DNA from: Octopus vulgaris
Taxonomy: Eukaryota
DNA length: 64,000 bases
Direction of reading: 5' to 3'
NCBI GenBank assembly: GCA_951406725.2
Contig: OX597832.1
Location: 51,646,001-51,710,000 of the forward strand
Part shown: positions 25,141-37,676 of the stretch, piece by piece
Position numbering within the stretch: position 1 is the first letter of the stretch
How the letters are laid out: the number at the start of each line of letters is the position of its first letter
The notes under the pieces: generated by a model
Databases searched by the model: none
Told to the model about the DNA's origin: nothing
What the model saw: only the letters and a program-made list of their open reading frames with translations
Made by a program: the position numbers and the translations under genes

Positions 25141-26174
25141 CATACATATGTGAGTGTGTATGTGTATGTGTGTGTGTGCATGCTTGAATTTGAGCTTAAG
25201 TGGCTCTCAGTTATGTTCCAGATTATGGCTAACCACATCATCATCATCGTTGATTAACATCTGCTTTGACATAGAGCTATGCTGGATGCCTATCACAGAG
25301 CTATTCAGACTCCAGCTGTTTGACTTGGCATGGTTTCAATGGCTGGATGCCCTTTCTGTTTTTCTCTCCAATCACTATTCAACCACTTTGCAGACCATGT
25401 GTTGGGTGCTTTTATCTGTCTCTTCTCAAAGCTTGTTTTTCTAGCAGTCACCACTTCACATAGTCCTGTCTTAAAAGCCCTCACTGTTTGCTTTTTACTG
25501 TTTTGCTCTCACTGTCCTGTTTTTGTTACCTTTCACCCTCCGCTAAAAATCTCAAATTTTATTTAATTTGCTTTGCGGGAAGGACTGTTTTAACAAAGTT
25601 GCATCTTGCCCTTACCTTCGAAACGTGGAGTAGATAAAACAGGGGACAACTGATGAAGGGAATGTTCTATATGTTGCCTGTCTCGTTTCTCTATTTATTT
25701 CCTCTCGTTGTTCAAAAAAAAAAGTTTGTTTTCTATGTTTTTATTTTTTATGTCTCATTTCTCATTCTGTCTATGTTTTTTGATGTCCTGTACCCATATA
25801 TGCTTGTATATATACATATATATGTAGGTATGTACATATATATATGTATATATGCATATATTCATATATTATTTATATTATATATATATTTTTTCGGCGC
25901 CCTTTTCAAGCCTAGCCAGGCTCATGGGCCCGGTTTCCTGGTTTCTGTGGTGTATGTGTTCCCCCCAGCTGGACGGGATGCCAGTCCATCGCAGCGTTAT
26001 TCAAGAAACAGGAAGACAGAGTGAGAGAATACAATAAATGAATTAAAAACATTTGTGTATTAAGAATTTGGGTACTTTACCAACAGTATATTGGATAATT
26101 GATATCCCATTGTGGGTTACATCCATAACCCCTATTTTACTGTTTTTTATATATATATATGCCTGCTTGTGTGA

Positions 26175-26225
<51 letters not shown>

Positions 26226-26470
26226 CATACATATGTGAGTGTGTATGTGTATGTGTGTGTGTGCATGCTTGAATTTGAGCTTAAGTGGCTCTCAGTTATG
26301 TTCCAGATTATGGCTAACCACATCATCATCATCGTTGATTAACATCTGCTTTGACATAGAGCTGCCTATCACAGAGCTATTCAGACTCCAGCTGTTTGAC
26401 TTGGCATGGTTTCAATGGCTGGGTGCCCTTCCTAACACCAACCACTTTGCAGAATGTGTTGGGTGCTTTT
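24321..26470. repeat. Near-identical 1085-bp tandem duplication (units start at 24321 and 25406)
   Basis: Duplicated ORFs are offset by 1085 (24568/25653, 24767/25852); one substitution seen in about 950 bp. Confidence 0.95.
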
Positions 26471-27751
26471 CATGCGCCACAGGTACAGGTGCGTTTCTGC
26501 AGCACTGGCATAGGTACTTTTTAGGTAGTGGCGCTGGCACTTGAAAGGTTGATCCAATATGTGTGTGTAAGACAGCGATTTTAGTCAGCTTGACTTGTCT
26601 TATTAAGTACAACAAATTGCCACATCCCCCAGTCCCTTGTCATTTTGCCAGTGAGGGTTCAGTGTCCAAAGATCCTTCTCACCACTTCGTCCCACTTCTT
26701 TGATTTACTCCTTCCTGGCAGGACAAGTGAGACCATAACCCGTGGCCTCTACCTGGGACATAGCCAGCCCACTTATGCATACCTTTCCTTCTTGTGACAC
26801 AAACCCTACTTGTGAAGACCTGTTGAGGCAAGTGAAAATCAAAATCGAAATTGTTCAACATCAATGGAAATTGTAGCTGTGATACCAGTGCCGGTGGCAT
26901 GTAAGTGAACCATCCAAACGTGGCCGTTGCCAGCGCCACCCCGACTGGCCTCCGTGCCGGTGGCATGTAAAAATCACCATCCGATTGTGGCCATTGCCAG
27001 CCTCATCTGGCCTCTGTGCCGGTGGCACATAAAAAGCACCATCCGTTCGTTGCCGTTTGCCAGCCTCGTCTGGCACCTGTGCCGGTGGCACATAAAAAGC
27101 ACCCACTACACTCTCGGAGTGGTTGTCGTTAGGAAGGGCATCCAGCTGTAGAAACACTGCCAGATCAGACTGGGCCTGGTGCAGCCTTCTGGCTTCCCAG
27201 ACCCCAGTTGAACCGTCCAACCCATGCTAGCATGGAAAGCGGACGTTAAACGATGATGATGATGATGATGATGATGATGATAGGTGCCTTCCACAATTAG
27301 AGCATCGCACTTCTTCATGCAGCTGTCCTTGTCCATATACATCGCATGACCATTATCATCTATAATTACCGAGTTGTCACTCATGCTGTAAATTCCTCTG
27401 ATGGGTAATTATAAGTGTACAAAAATGCTGACAATTTTATTAATGATAGAGGATGGCACATCAGCACAGTGGGAAGAACCACTGATAAATGTTAGCAATC
27501 AAGTTAATATATGTACATACACAGAATTGAAACATACGAAGGATCAGATAAGATTGTAACATCTCGGTTGAAAACATTGCCCGCATAATGTATGTGTATA
27601 TATACACACTAACACCAGCACACATATATGTGCATATACATGCACACACACACATACACATACAAACATATACATACATACATATATACATATGGAAGTC
27701 TTTCAGTTTCCACTCACAAGGCTTTGGTTGGCCCTATAGTATGATGGGAGA

Positions 27752-28188
<437 letters not shown>

Positions 28189-28453
28189 AGGCGTAGGAGT
28201 GACCGTGTGGTAAGTAGCTTGCTTACCAACAGCATACTAGAGCAACACCTTGGAGGGTTTATTCAAACAAATCAACCCCACCATACTTTTTAAGTGTGAT
28301 GCTTATTCTATTGGTCTCTTTTGCTGAACTGCTAAGTTATGCAAACATAAACAAATCAACACTGGTTGTTGGACAAAAACACACACATATAAACAAACAT
28401 ATAAACTCACATGCAAACACACGCGCACACACACACACACACCTGAGTTAAAT

Positions 28454-29491
28454 GGTGCCTGGTAAATTTCACCGTGATAAATTCCACCACGGAAAATTCC
28501 ACCATAGGTAAATTCCACCATGGCATATTCCACCATGGTAAATTTCATCGTAGGTGAAATTATCATTATTATTATTATTATTATCAAATCATTATTTAGA
28601 AGGGTTCCACAATGCTTTGCACTCATCACTAATATCCACATATCCAAATTTGTGGAAACTATGCAAAATCTCTCGTGGAAGCGTCATCCAACCAAAGTAC
28701 AAACATATGGGAAACTACCACCTGTGTCATCTCTTGTGAAAGGTAAGAGAGTCCAGTTTGCTGGACATTGTTGTAGAGCTGAAAATGAGGTAATTTCTAC
28801 TCTTCTCCTCTGGAAGCCATCTGCTCACGATACCAGAGGGTGCACACTCTCCTACCCTGATGTAATCTCCAGGGATACAGGAATCCAGCAACAGGACCTC
28901 CATAATGCTATGATGGACCGTGAAGTCTGGCGTAACATGGTAAATTCCATTGTCTCGATCACGGTCGAACAATGATGGTGATGAAGCCAAACAAAAAATG
29001 GCCCACATTCTACAATTTTTAAGAAGTATTGCACACAATTTGTCTCAAGAAATTTTTTTTAAAATAAAAAAAACTTCTTTATCCTAACTCAACTTCACAA
29101 TGGACTCACTGTTATTTTTTTAATCCTCTTGTTATAATAAAATGTGTGCTAAAATTTGATCTTTTCTTTCTTTATCCTAAATTCTATTATTTTTGAAATT
29201 TTGTGATGAATCTTTTACATAGATTCTTGCTCGATGGGAGGACATTAAAGTGATCCCATCTCATTCAAGTAGATTATAAAGATTATTTTCTGTCTCACCT
29301 TCAGACTCTCTCTCCCTTCTTAAGACTTGAGAGATAGATTAAATAACATAGGTATTGACCCACAGTCTAGAGAAACTGACAATGGTGATTATTAGCGGGT
29401 GGAATTTACCATGGTGGAATATACCCTGGTGGAATTTACTTGGTGGAATTTTCTGTGGTGGAATTTACCATGGATGAATTTACCTAGAACT
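28454..29491. mobile_element. MULE/Foldback-like MITE with ~15-bp subterminal repeats; contains an RTE fragment (28618-28985)
   Basis: The left array (aaattccaccatggt)n mirrors the right array (ggtggaattt)n; 9-bp TSD gagttaaat/gagttaaag once the piggyBac insert is removed. Confidence 0.7.
28618..28985 (+). mobile_element. RTE-clade LINE 3' fragment
   Basis: NLSWK.HPT...YG.LPPVS and RVQFAGHC.R..E..S.LLLWKP motifs; (GAT)n tail. Confidence 0.8.
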
Positions 29492-29498
29492 GAGTTAA

Positions 29499-29719
29499 CC
29501 CTTTCATTACCAATCCGGCTGAAACTGGCTCTGGCTCTGAGTACAAATGTCTTGTTTTCATAAGTTTTGAATTAAAATTTTCCATCAAACCTTAGTCACA
29601 ATTTATGTTCCTAACATTAGCTTAATGATAACTAAGTTATTTTACTAAATTTTTTTGTTATATTTAAAGTAACTGAAAGAAACACAGATCATCTCAACAA
29701 AAATATGGGAACAAAAGGG
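29499..29719. mobile_element. piggyBac-like MITE
   Basis: TTAA|cccttt...aaaggg|TTAA. Confidence 0.8.
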
Positions 29720-29938
29720 TTAAAGAGCAATAAGAAAAAAGGAGAAAAAGAACAACAAGCATATTTTATGGTTTTTTTTTTCATATGTAGAACAAATAAA
29801 ATTATTTTTATATTACAAGATTATTGATTTTTATAAAAAAGATACAAACAGTTCATTAGTCTGTAGTTAAGACTGTTTGTACCCCAATCAATACAAAAAA
29901 AAAAAAAATCGAGACAACTGTCCTGTAAAGTCAGACAT

Positions 29939-30443
29939 TTTTTTTCGTGCCCTTTTAAAGCCTAGCCAGGCTCATGGGCCCAGTTTCCCGGTTTCAATGG
30001 CGTATGTGTTCCCCAGCTGGACGGGACGCCAGTCCATTGCAGTGTTACTCATTTTTGCCAGCTGAGTGGATTGGAGCAATGCGAAATGAAGTGTTTTGCT
30101 CAAGAACACAATGTATTGCCCGGTCTGGGAATTGAAACCGCGATCCTCTGACCGTGAGTCCGCTGCCCTAACTACTGGGCCATTGCGCCTCCACTGTTGC
30201 CCTATTAAAGCCTAGCCAGGCTCATGGGCCCGGTTTCCCGGTTTCAATGGCGTATGTGCTCCCCAGCTGGACGGGACGCCAGTCCATCGCAGCGTTACTC
30301 ATTTTTGCCAGTTGAGTGGACTGGAGCAACGTGAAATGAAGTGTTTTGCTCAAGAACACAATGCGTCGCCCGGTCCAGGAATCGAAACCACAATCTTATC
30401 ATCATGGTGCTGACACCCTAACCATTAAGCCACACACCTTCAC
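29939..30443 (-). mobile_element. Dimeric family D SINE
   Basis: Two ~250-bp monomers with different tRNA heads inside one 13-bp TSD taaagtcagacat (29926-29938, 30444-30456). Confidence 0.85.
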
Positions 30444-31497
30444 TAAAGTCAGACATAATGACAACAAAATAAAATATTGACCAGGGTCAATGGTACAGTT
30501 ACAAGTCCAGTTGTTGTTTTCTTGGATTTTCAGTGAAACTGCATTAACATACAACTGTGTTGCAAGACTGTGCTTAGTACAAAGCTGACTGAATCTCTGT
30601 TGTTGTCTGTTAGGGTTCTTTCCTTTTGGGTTCAAAATAGATATTATTCAGAACCATTCTTTGCAAATGCATGAAAAATATGCAAATCTCAATGGTAATC
30701 AACGAAGCTTAATTAATTTATGTATGTTAATCAAGCACTCCAAAGAATGATAATATTCTAATCTCAACCATCCATTTTTTTTTTATGGAACCAGAAACTA
30801 TTTTTCTCATAAGTAAAAATGAATCGTTATCATAATCATCATTGTTTTCAAAATGTTTTATCTGTGATCATCTCATCTTTTTGGGATCAGAGATTCTATT
30901 TTTTCTTTTAAATTCTTCAACCATAATCAGTAAACCATATTTTCCAGGGATTCAGAGATTTTTTTTTCACATTATTTACAACAAAAGTATTCTAACTGTG
31001 ATCTTTTAATTTCTAATTCAGATTCCAAGACAATCATCATTGTTTTTTAACAACCATTTTTCTATGGAATTAACCAAAGCAGATTTTTCCACAGCCAGAT
31101 GCTCTTCCTGTCCCCAACCCAAACCTTTTTACAAGCAAGGTAATATTTGCCCAGGCCAGACATATTTTTCTATGGAAGAGTGATAATGATATGAGATTTC
31201 GGTTGTATGACATTGATACTGATTTATAACTATTTCTTAATGAAACAAATACACACACAAGCATGCACACACATCCGAGGTCGACTTTGCCTTTCATCCT
31301 TTCGGGGGTCGATAAATAAAGTACCAGTTTCGCACTGGGGTCAATGTAATCGACTTAATCCCTTTGTCTGTCCTTGTTTGTCTCCTCTATGTTTAGCCCC
31401 TTGTGGGCAGTTAAAAAAAAAAAAAAATATATATATATATGTGATAAATCATTAGCCACTACACGCATTTTTTTTCTCTCCTTGTTTTTTCTGTGTG

Positions 31498-31535
31498 CCT
31501 TTCTGTAGAAGAGCATAGGCTCGAAATGTAACAGA
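31498..31535 (+). ncRNA. Degenerate hammerhead-like motif (same family as 11801-11838)
   Basis: ccttt CTGTAGA a gagc atag gctc GAAA t GTA acaga. Confidence 0.5.
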
Positions 31536-32504
31536 CTTTTTCTATTCCTGAGCATTATACTAATACATCTGTTTGTTTGGTACACCACCTGTCTTCGTCT
31601 TTTGTTTTTCTTGTAAACTCTCCCTATATATATATATATACATATAGGATGATCTTCTTTCAGTTTCTATCTTTTAAATTCTCTCACAAGGCTTTGGTTG
31701 TTCCAAGGCTATAGAAGAAGACGCTAGCCCGAGGTGCCAAGCAGTGGGACTGAACCTGAAAGCACACAGTTGGGAAGTGAACTGCTTCACCACATGGACC
31801 ATTATGAATCAGAATTAACCAAATTCAAAATTCAATTCAAAATGATAAATACATTTTTATGAAGAATCAAAACAGATGCTTTTGTCAGTATGCACAAGAA
31901 TGCAGAGATCAATATAATTGAAAATAAATAGTGGAGAATCATATCTAGAGATATTTTGCTGTACTTGTCCTTAATCACAAAAGGTTATATCAGAACCAAA
32001 CAGACAGCTGCCACGTTCTCAGATAAGGTCAAATGGATGGACTGCATACAGTGAAATAGATCAGGTGGGAGGAGTTTTTTTTATTATTTTGTAAATTATA
32101 TTTATTATTTTTAATTTTGATTTGTATTGTTTTCTTATTATTATTAGTTTTCTGTGACCCCTGAGTTGAAATTTGAAATTGTAATAAGGAGGGATGATCA
32201 TGGCTTGAATGCTTTAATTCTTCATCAACATCATTATCATTGTTTTAATGTTCACTTTTCTATGTTTGCATGGGTTGAATTGAATTTGTCGAGGTGGATT
32301 TTTTTTATAGCCAGATGCCCTTCCCGTTGCCAGCCCTCAACACACACACACACACACACACACACAGATTCTGTCTGCCATATCCACACACAAAGCTTAG
32401 ATTGGCCAAGCACTACAGTAGAAGACCGCTGCACAAGGTGCCATGCAGTGGATCTGAACCTGAAACTATATCGCTGAGAAGCAAAACTTCTTATCACATC
32501 GCTC

Positions 32505-32720
32505 TTTACTCTCTCTCTTTTACTTGTTTCAGTCATTTGACTGCGGCCATGCTGGAGCACCGCCTTTAATCGAGCAAATCGACCCCGGGACTTATTCTTG
32601 TAAGCCCAGTACTTATTCTATCGGTCTCTTTTGCCGAACCGCTAAGTGACGGGGACGTAAACACACCAGCATCAGTTGTCAAGCAATGCTAGAGGGACAA
32701 ACACAGACACACAAACATAT

Positions 32721-32752
<32 letters not shown>

Positions 32753-32970
32753 CACGTGACTGACCAGACCATCAGATGTTGCTACACATCGCTGGTCACA
32801 ATGCATATATACGACAGGCTTCTTTCAGTTTCCGTCTACCAAATCCACTCACAAAGCTTTGGTTGGCCCGAGGCTATAGCAGAAGACACTTGCCCAAGAT
32901 GCCACACAGTGGGACTGAACTTGAAACCATGTGGTTGGTTAGCAAGCTACTTACCACACAGCCACTCCTG
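32505..32970 (-). mobile_element. Family A SINE downstream of the receptor stop codon
   Basis: Full head-to-tail match; foreign insert at about 32752-32805. Confidence 0.88.
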
Positions 32971-33351
32971 CTTGCATCTTTTTATAAATAAAAAACAGGA
33001 TGGTCACAGTTGGAATACTTGAAATGAAAACCTCTGATTTTGTAAAAAAATAAAAAGACAATAGAGTCTCAGGTGAAACACTTTCTATGTTATGGTAGAA
33101 AAATTTGAAAACAAAAAAAAATTTCCTGACCCCATAAAAAGCAGGATGGTTATCTCTGGAACATTCCTGGTAACATTTGATAAATTGATAAATAAATGCT
33201 AGCTGACTTGACACTTGGAATATGCGTGTTTTTAACACATGAATAAAGAACTGTGTTCTTTAGTCATGTGCTAAAAAATATAATTTTTTGGTAATCGCAT
33301 AAAAAAATCTCACATTTCAATGAATTTTTCTTTTAAACCTCATTAAGTTAA

Positions 33352-34224
33352 TTATAAGTAAAGTTCTGTTTTGACATAATCTATTGCATCAGGTTTTTGT
33401 TGTGTGTCTTTTTGTTGTAATTTATCCATTTTTTTATCTAGCCTTTGCAAAGAATCTGATAGTTTATGAACATTAGCATTTACAAGATTACAAGAACTTG
33501 TTGGATTTTGAGATAATCCTTGTCTTTCATTTTGAATATTTTTGTCTTGAACCTCATCTAATGAGGAGTCCATAGCCTCTACAACGTGTTCATGTGGTAC
33601 ATAATCATCATTACAATTCACTTTTACATTTTCTTCGACTGTTCTACCATTGAACTTTGAAGTATCTATATGATTGCTTTCTTTATTTTCAGTTTGTAAA
33701 ATCTGTCCCTTCAAAGGTTTACTTTTATAAGAGTTAGTGCTTTCTTCGGGAATTTCCGAAATGTAATCTGGTTCAGAGAATATATAATCTGTGATACTCC
33801 CATTACTGTTTGTATTTTCACATGGAGGAATAGGATTCGATACAAGTTTCTTAAAATCATTTGGTTCATCAACATAATCTGGGCTACTGGAGACATTTTC
33901 CTCCATGTTACCATTCACACATGTGGAAACTGATGTAGATTGAACTTCAATGAAAGAACTATCTGGTGGTTCATCAGCGTAATCTGTTCTACTAGAGACA
34001 TTTCCCTTCATGTTACCATTCACACATGTGGGAACTGGGTTTGTTCGACGCTCACTTAAAGCAGATAATTCATGAGTATAATTTTTTGCATTGTCTGGTA
34101 ACTCATTAACTTGAACATAGCTTGGAATATGGTTTGCTACATCAGTTAGTAAACTCTTGTCAGATAAAGATTCCAGAGAATCATAGCCTGTTGATGTGTC
34201 ATTTTCTGGCGGAGTATTGACCAC
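33352..34224 (-). CDS. Receptor last coding exon; 290-aa acidic, Tyr-rich cytoplasmic tail
   Basis: Acceptor ttttttcag|GTG; open to TAA at 33352-33354. Translates VVNTPPENDTSTGYDSLES...DAIDYVKTELYL*. It is the longest non-repeat ORF in the window and has no kinase domain. Confidence 0.9.
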   Translation of the reverse strand: MVNTPPENDTSTGYDSLESLSDKSLLTDVANHIPSYVQVNELPDNAKNYTHELSALSERRTNPVPTCVNGNMKGNVSSRTDYADEPPDSSFIEVQSTSVSTCVNGNMEENVSSSPDYVDEPNDFKKLVSNPIPPCENTNSNGSITDYIFSEPDYISEIPEESTNSYKSKPLKGQILQTENKESNHIDTSKFNGRTVEENVKVNCNDDYVPHEHVVEAMDSSLDEVQDKNIQNERQGLSQNPTSSCNLVNANVHKLSDSLQRLDKKMDKLQQKDTQQKPDAIDYVKTELYL

Positions 34225-34329
34225 CTGAAAAAAGAAATAAGACGTGTATATATTAATATATGTGTGTGTATGTGTGTTTGAGTTTATAATAATAATGATA
34301 ATAATAATAATAATAATGAAATTATTGTA

Positions 34330-34765
34330 TACAGTGCTCAGGTGCACCATAACTTGTCAAAAGTGCATATAAAGCATATGCAGTAATGTACAAATGCCTG
34401 GAAAGTGAACAGTGTATGAGTCAGATACATGCTTGCGTGTGTATGGAGGAGAGAAAATCAGGTGTAGTGTTGGCGAATCTCAGGAAGCATGGAAGTTTTG
34501 AAGGATGCAGTGCTCCGACAACTAGCAACTGATGCCAGCAGTTTGTTCCATGCTTCAGCAACTCTCAGCGTGAAAAAATGTTTCCTGAAGCCATGGGAGC
34601 TGTGCTGTTTTCTGACTTTGTAAACATGTCTATGGGTGTTAGACAGATGGAGTTTGAAAAGGTGCTCAGAGTTATTGTTAGTAAGATGGTTAATAATTTT
34701 ATTGGTGTCTGCCAAGTCAGCTGCCAGATGTCGGAGTTTCAATGTATCCATGCCCAGTTTGTGCA
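34330..34765 (-). mobile_element. CR1-type LINE 3' end
   Basis: LGMDTLKLRHLAADL...RKHFFTLRVAEAWNKL followed by a 3'UTR and ATT-type tail. Confidence 0.8.
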
Positions 34766-34789
34766 TATACACATATGTGTGTTTATCTT

Positions 34790-35886
34790 TTATCTTTACT
34801 TGTTTCATTCAATGGCCTGTGACCATGCTGGGGCACCACCTTGAAGGGTTTTGAGCAAAGCCTTGTACTTATTCTATTGGTCTCTTTTGTCTAAATGCTA
34901 AGTTACAAGGATGAAAACAGACCAACATTAGTTGTCGAGAGATGGTAGAGAATAAACACAAACATAAAGGGACACAGCTCAGCCGTGTGGTAAGAAGTTT
35001 GCTTCCCAACCACATGGTTTTGGGTTCAGCTCCACTGTGTGACATCTTGGGCAAGTGTCTTCTACTGACCAAAGACTTGTGAGTGGATTTGGTAGGTGGA
35101 AATTGAAAGAAGCTTATCATATATATACTCTTTTTACTCTTTTACTTGTTTCAGTCACTTGACTGTGGTCATGCTGGAGCACCGCCTTTAGTCGAGCAAA
35201 TCGACCCCAGGACTTATTCTTTGTAAGCCTAGTACTTATTCTATCGGTCTCTTTTGCCGAACTGCTAAGTTACGGGGATGTAAACACACCAGCATTGGTT
35301 GTCAAGTGATGATAGGGGGACAAACACAAACACACACACATATATATATATATATACACATACATATATACGATGGGCTTCTTTCAGTTTCCGTCTACCA
35401 AATCCACTCACAAGGCTTTGGTTGACTTGAGGCTATAGTAGAAGACACTTATTTTCTTGAAGAGTTCAGTTAAATAAACATAGGCACTAATAAAGAATTA
35501 TCCATAATTCTGATTGCCTTTTTAAAGATATATATCTATCTTGACAGCTTGACAACTGGTGTTGGTGTGTTTACATCCTTGTTACTTAGTGGTTTTCCAA
35601 AAGAGGCTAATAGAATAAGTACCAGCTTTAAAAAAAGTACTAGAGTCAATTCATTTGACCACAAATTCTTCAAGGTGGTGCCACAGTCTAATGACTGAAA
35701 CAAATAAAAGATATATACATATATAGATAGGCGTAGGTATGGCTTTATGGTAAGAAGCTTGCTGGGTTCAGTCCCACTGCATGACACCTTGGGCAAATAT
35801 CTTCTTCAATAACCTCAGGCCGACCAAAGCCTTATGAGTGGATTTGGTAGACGGAAACTGAAAGAAGCACATCAAATATATATATT

Positions 35887-35944
<58 letters not shown>

Positions 35945-36085
35945 CGTATGTATTTATGCATGTATATCTATGTGTGTGTGTCTTTCTGTCAGTGTTTGTC
36001 CCCCCCCGTCCCACATCCAGTTGACAACTGGTGTTGGTGTGTTTTCATCCCCACAACTTAGCAGTTCGGCAAACGAAACTGACAG
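34790..36085. mobile_element. Cluster of family A SINE fragments in both orientations
   Basis: Repeated family A head, core and tail segments. Confidence 0.75.
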
Positions 36086-36472
36086 TGTATGTGTGTCCAA
36101 GTGTATGTGTGTATGCAGATGTGCACATGTGCACCAATGTACAGATGCATACACTTGCATCAATATACGCATGCATGCAAAACCATAAACACATTCACAC
36201 ACCACATATAGAGCTATATACTTGCCCACGCCACACTTTCCTACTTCCTCCACAACAACCTGACCAATTTCCTAATTGCCACGTGGTCTATTTCCTGTCC
36301 TTCACATGGTCAGTTTCCTGTTCACTATGCGGTACTTCCCAACTAACTGTTGCCCATATACCAACATCAAACCATGACACCACATGACCTTTGTCAACCA
36401 GTTGCTGCCCACCTTACCGTAATAACAATCAACTTGTCATTCAAATTCAAAATTTGAATCAAAAGTTGTGAA

Positions 36473-36507
<35 letters not shown>

Positions 36508-36510
<3 letters not shown>

Positions 36511-37575
36511 TCATCATCATCATCATCATCGTTTAACGTCCGCTTTCCGCGCTAGCACGGGTTGGACGGTTTGACCGGGTCTGGGAAGCCAGGGGCCGCA
36601 CCAGGCTCCAGTCTGAATCTGGCAGAGTTTCTACGGCTGGATGCCCTTCCTAACGCCAACCACTCCGTGAGTGGATTGGGTGCTTTTTACGTGCCACCTG
36701 CACAGGGGCCGGAGGGTCCGGCATCGTCACGATCGGTTCGAGCATTTTAACGTGTCAGCGGCACGGGGGCAACGAGGTCCGGGGTACTTTGGGGATCCAG
36801 GGTACTTTGGGGATCCGGGGTACTTAGAATGAGTAGGGGGTATGTGGAATTGCTGCAGAAAGCAGCCCGGGTCTTTGTAGTCACAGCATTTATCGTCACT
36901 GAGTAACGTAATTAGGTAGAGGAAAGAAATACAGATATTCTAGAGTTGAGTTGGGGAGGGGGAGGTCCAGTTGAGGCGGGTAATATAGGAGAGCAACCAG
37001 TGGGGAAGGTTGGGGTAAGGAGGAACGATGGCAGGAAGGGTTGGTGTAGGTTCCTAAGAAATAAAGACATTCGTTATCGTCACTGAGTAACGTTATTAGG
37101 TAGAGGAAAGAATACAGATATTCTAGAGTTGAGTTGGGGAGGGGGGTCCAGTTGAGGTGGGTAATATAGGGGAGCAACCAGTGGGGAAGGTTGGGGTAAG
37201 GAGGAACGATGGCAGGAAGGGTTGTTGTAGGTTCCTAAGAAATAAAAACGTAGGATATTACGAGGCGGGAGGGTGCTAAAGGGGGATAGTCGGAATGAGG
37301 CAGTGTCAGGAGGAAGCGTAAGATCGGTGGGCAGTTGATGAGCTATGGCGCTAGCAGCTTGTCTTTTCACAGTGAAAGCATATGAGGAGAAGGGGTAGTG
37401 GGGGGAGGAGGAGGGAGTAGGGCGTACCCGGTGTAGATGAGTAAGGCGTATCCGGTGTAGATGGTGAGGACAGGGTATACTGGTATTGGTGGTGGGGGGT
37501 GAGGAACAGTGTTCACCGGTATTGGTGGTGTTGGCGGTGAGAACAGTGTTCACCGGTATTGGTGGTGGGGGTGAT
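36508..37575 (-). mobile_element. Composite GC-rich retroposon: tandem-repeat body plus RTE-derived 3' tail
   Basis: RTE tail 36508-36780; 18-bp, ~184-bp, 21-bp and ~36-bp tandem repeats; (TA)n on both sides. Confidence 0.6.
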
Positions 37576-37584
37576 ATATATAAA

Positions 37585-37615
<31 letters not shown>

Positions 37616-37632
37616 ATATCTATATCTATCTA

Positions 37633-37672
<40 letters not shown>

Positions 37673-37676
<4 letters not shown>

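Noticed and set aside
26888-27105. CRISPR-like regularly spaced repeats (tgccggtggca...aaaagcacc, ~60-bp period; also 15-bp arrays at 28460 and 29400)
   Set aside because: The spacers are homologous to each other, the context is a eukaryotic TE, and there are no cas genes.
34225-34350. N-terminal 42 aa of ORF 33352-34350 (MVHLSTVYNNFIIIII...)
   Set aside because: Intronic CR1 tail and microsatellite upstream of the acceptor at 34225; not a true start.
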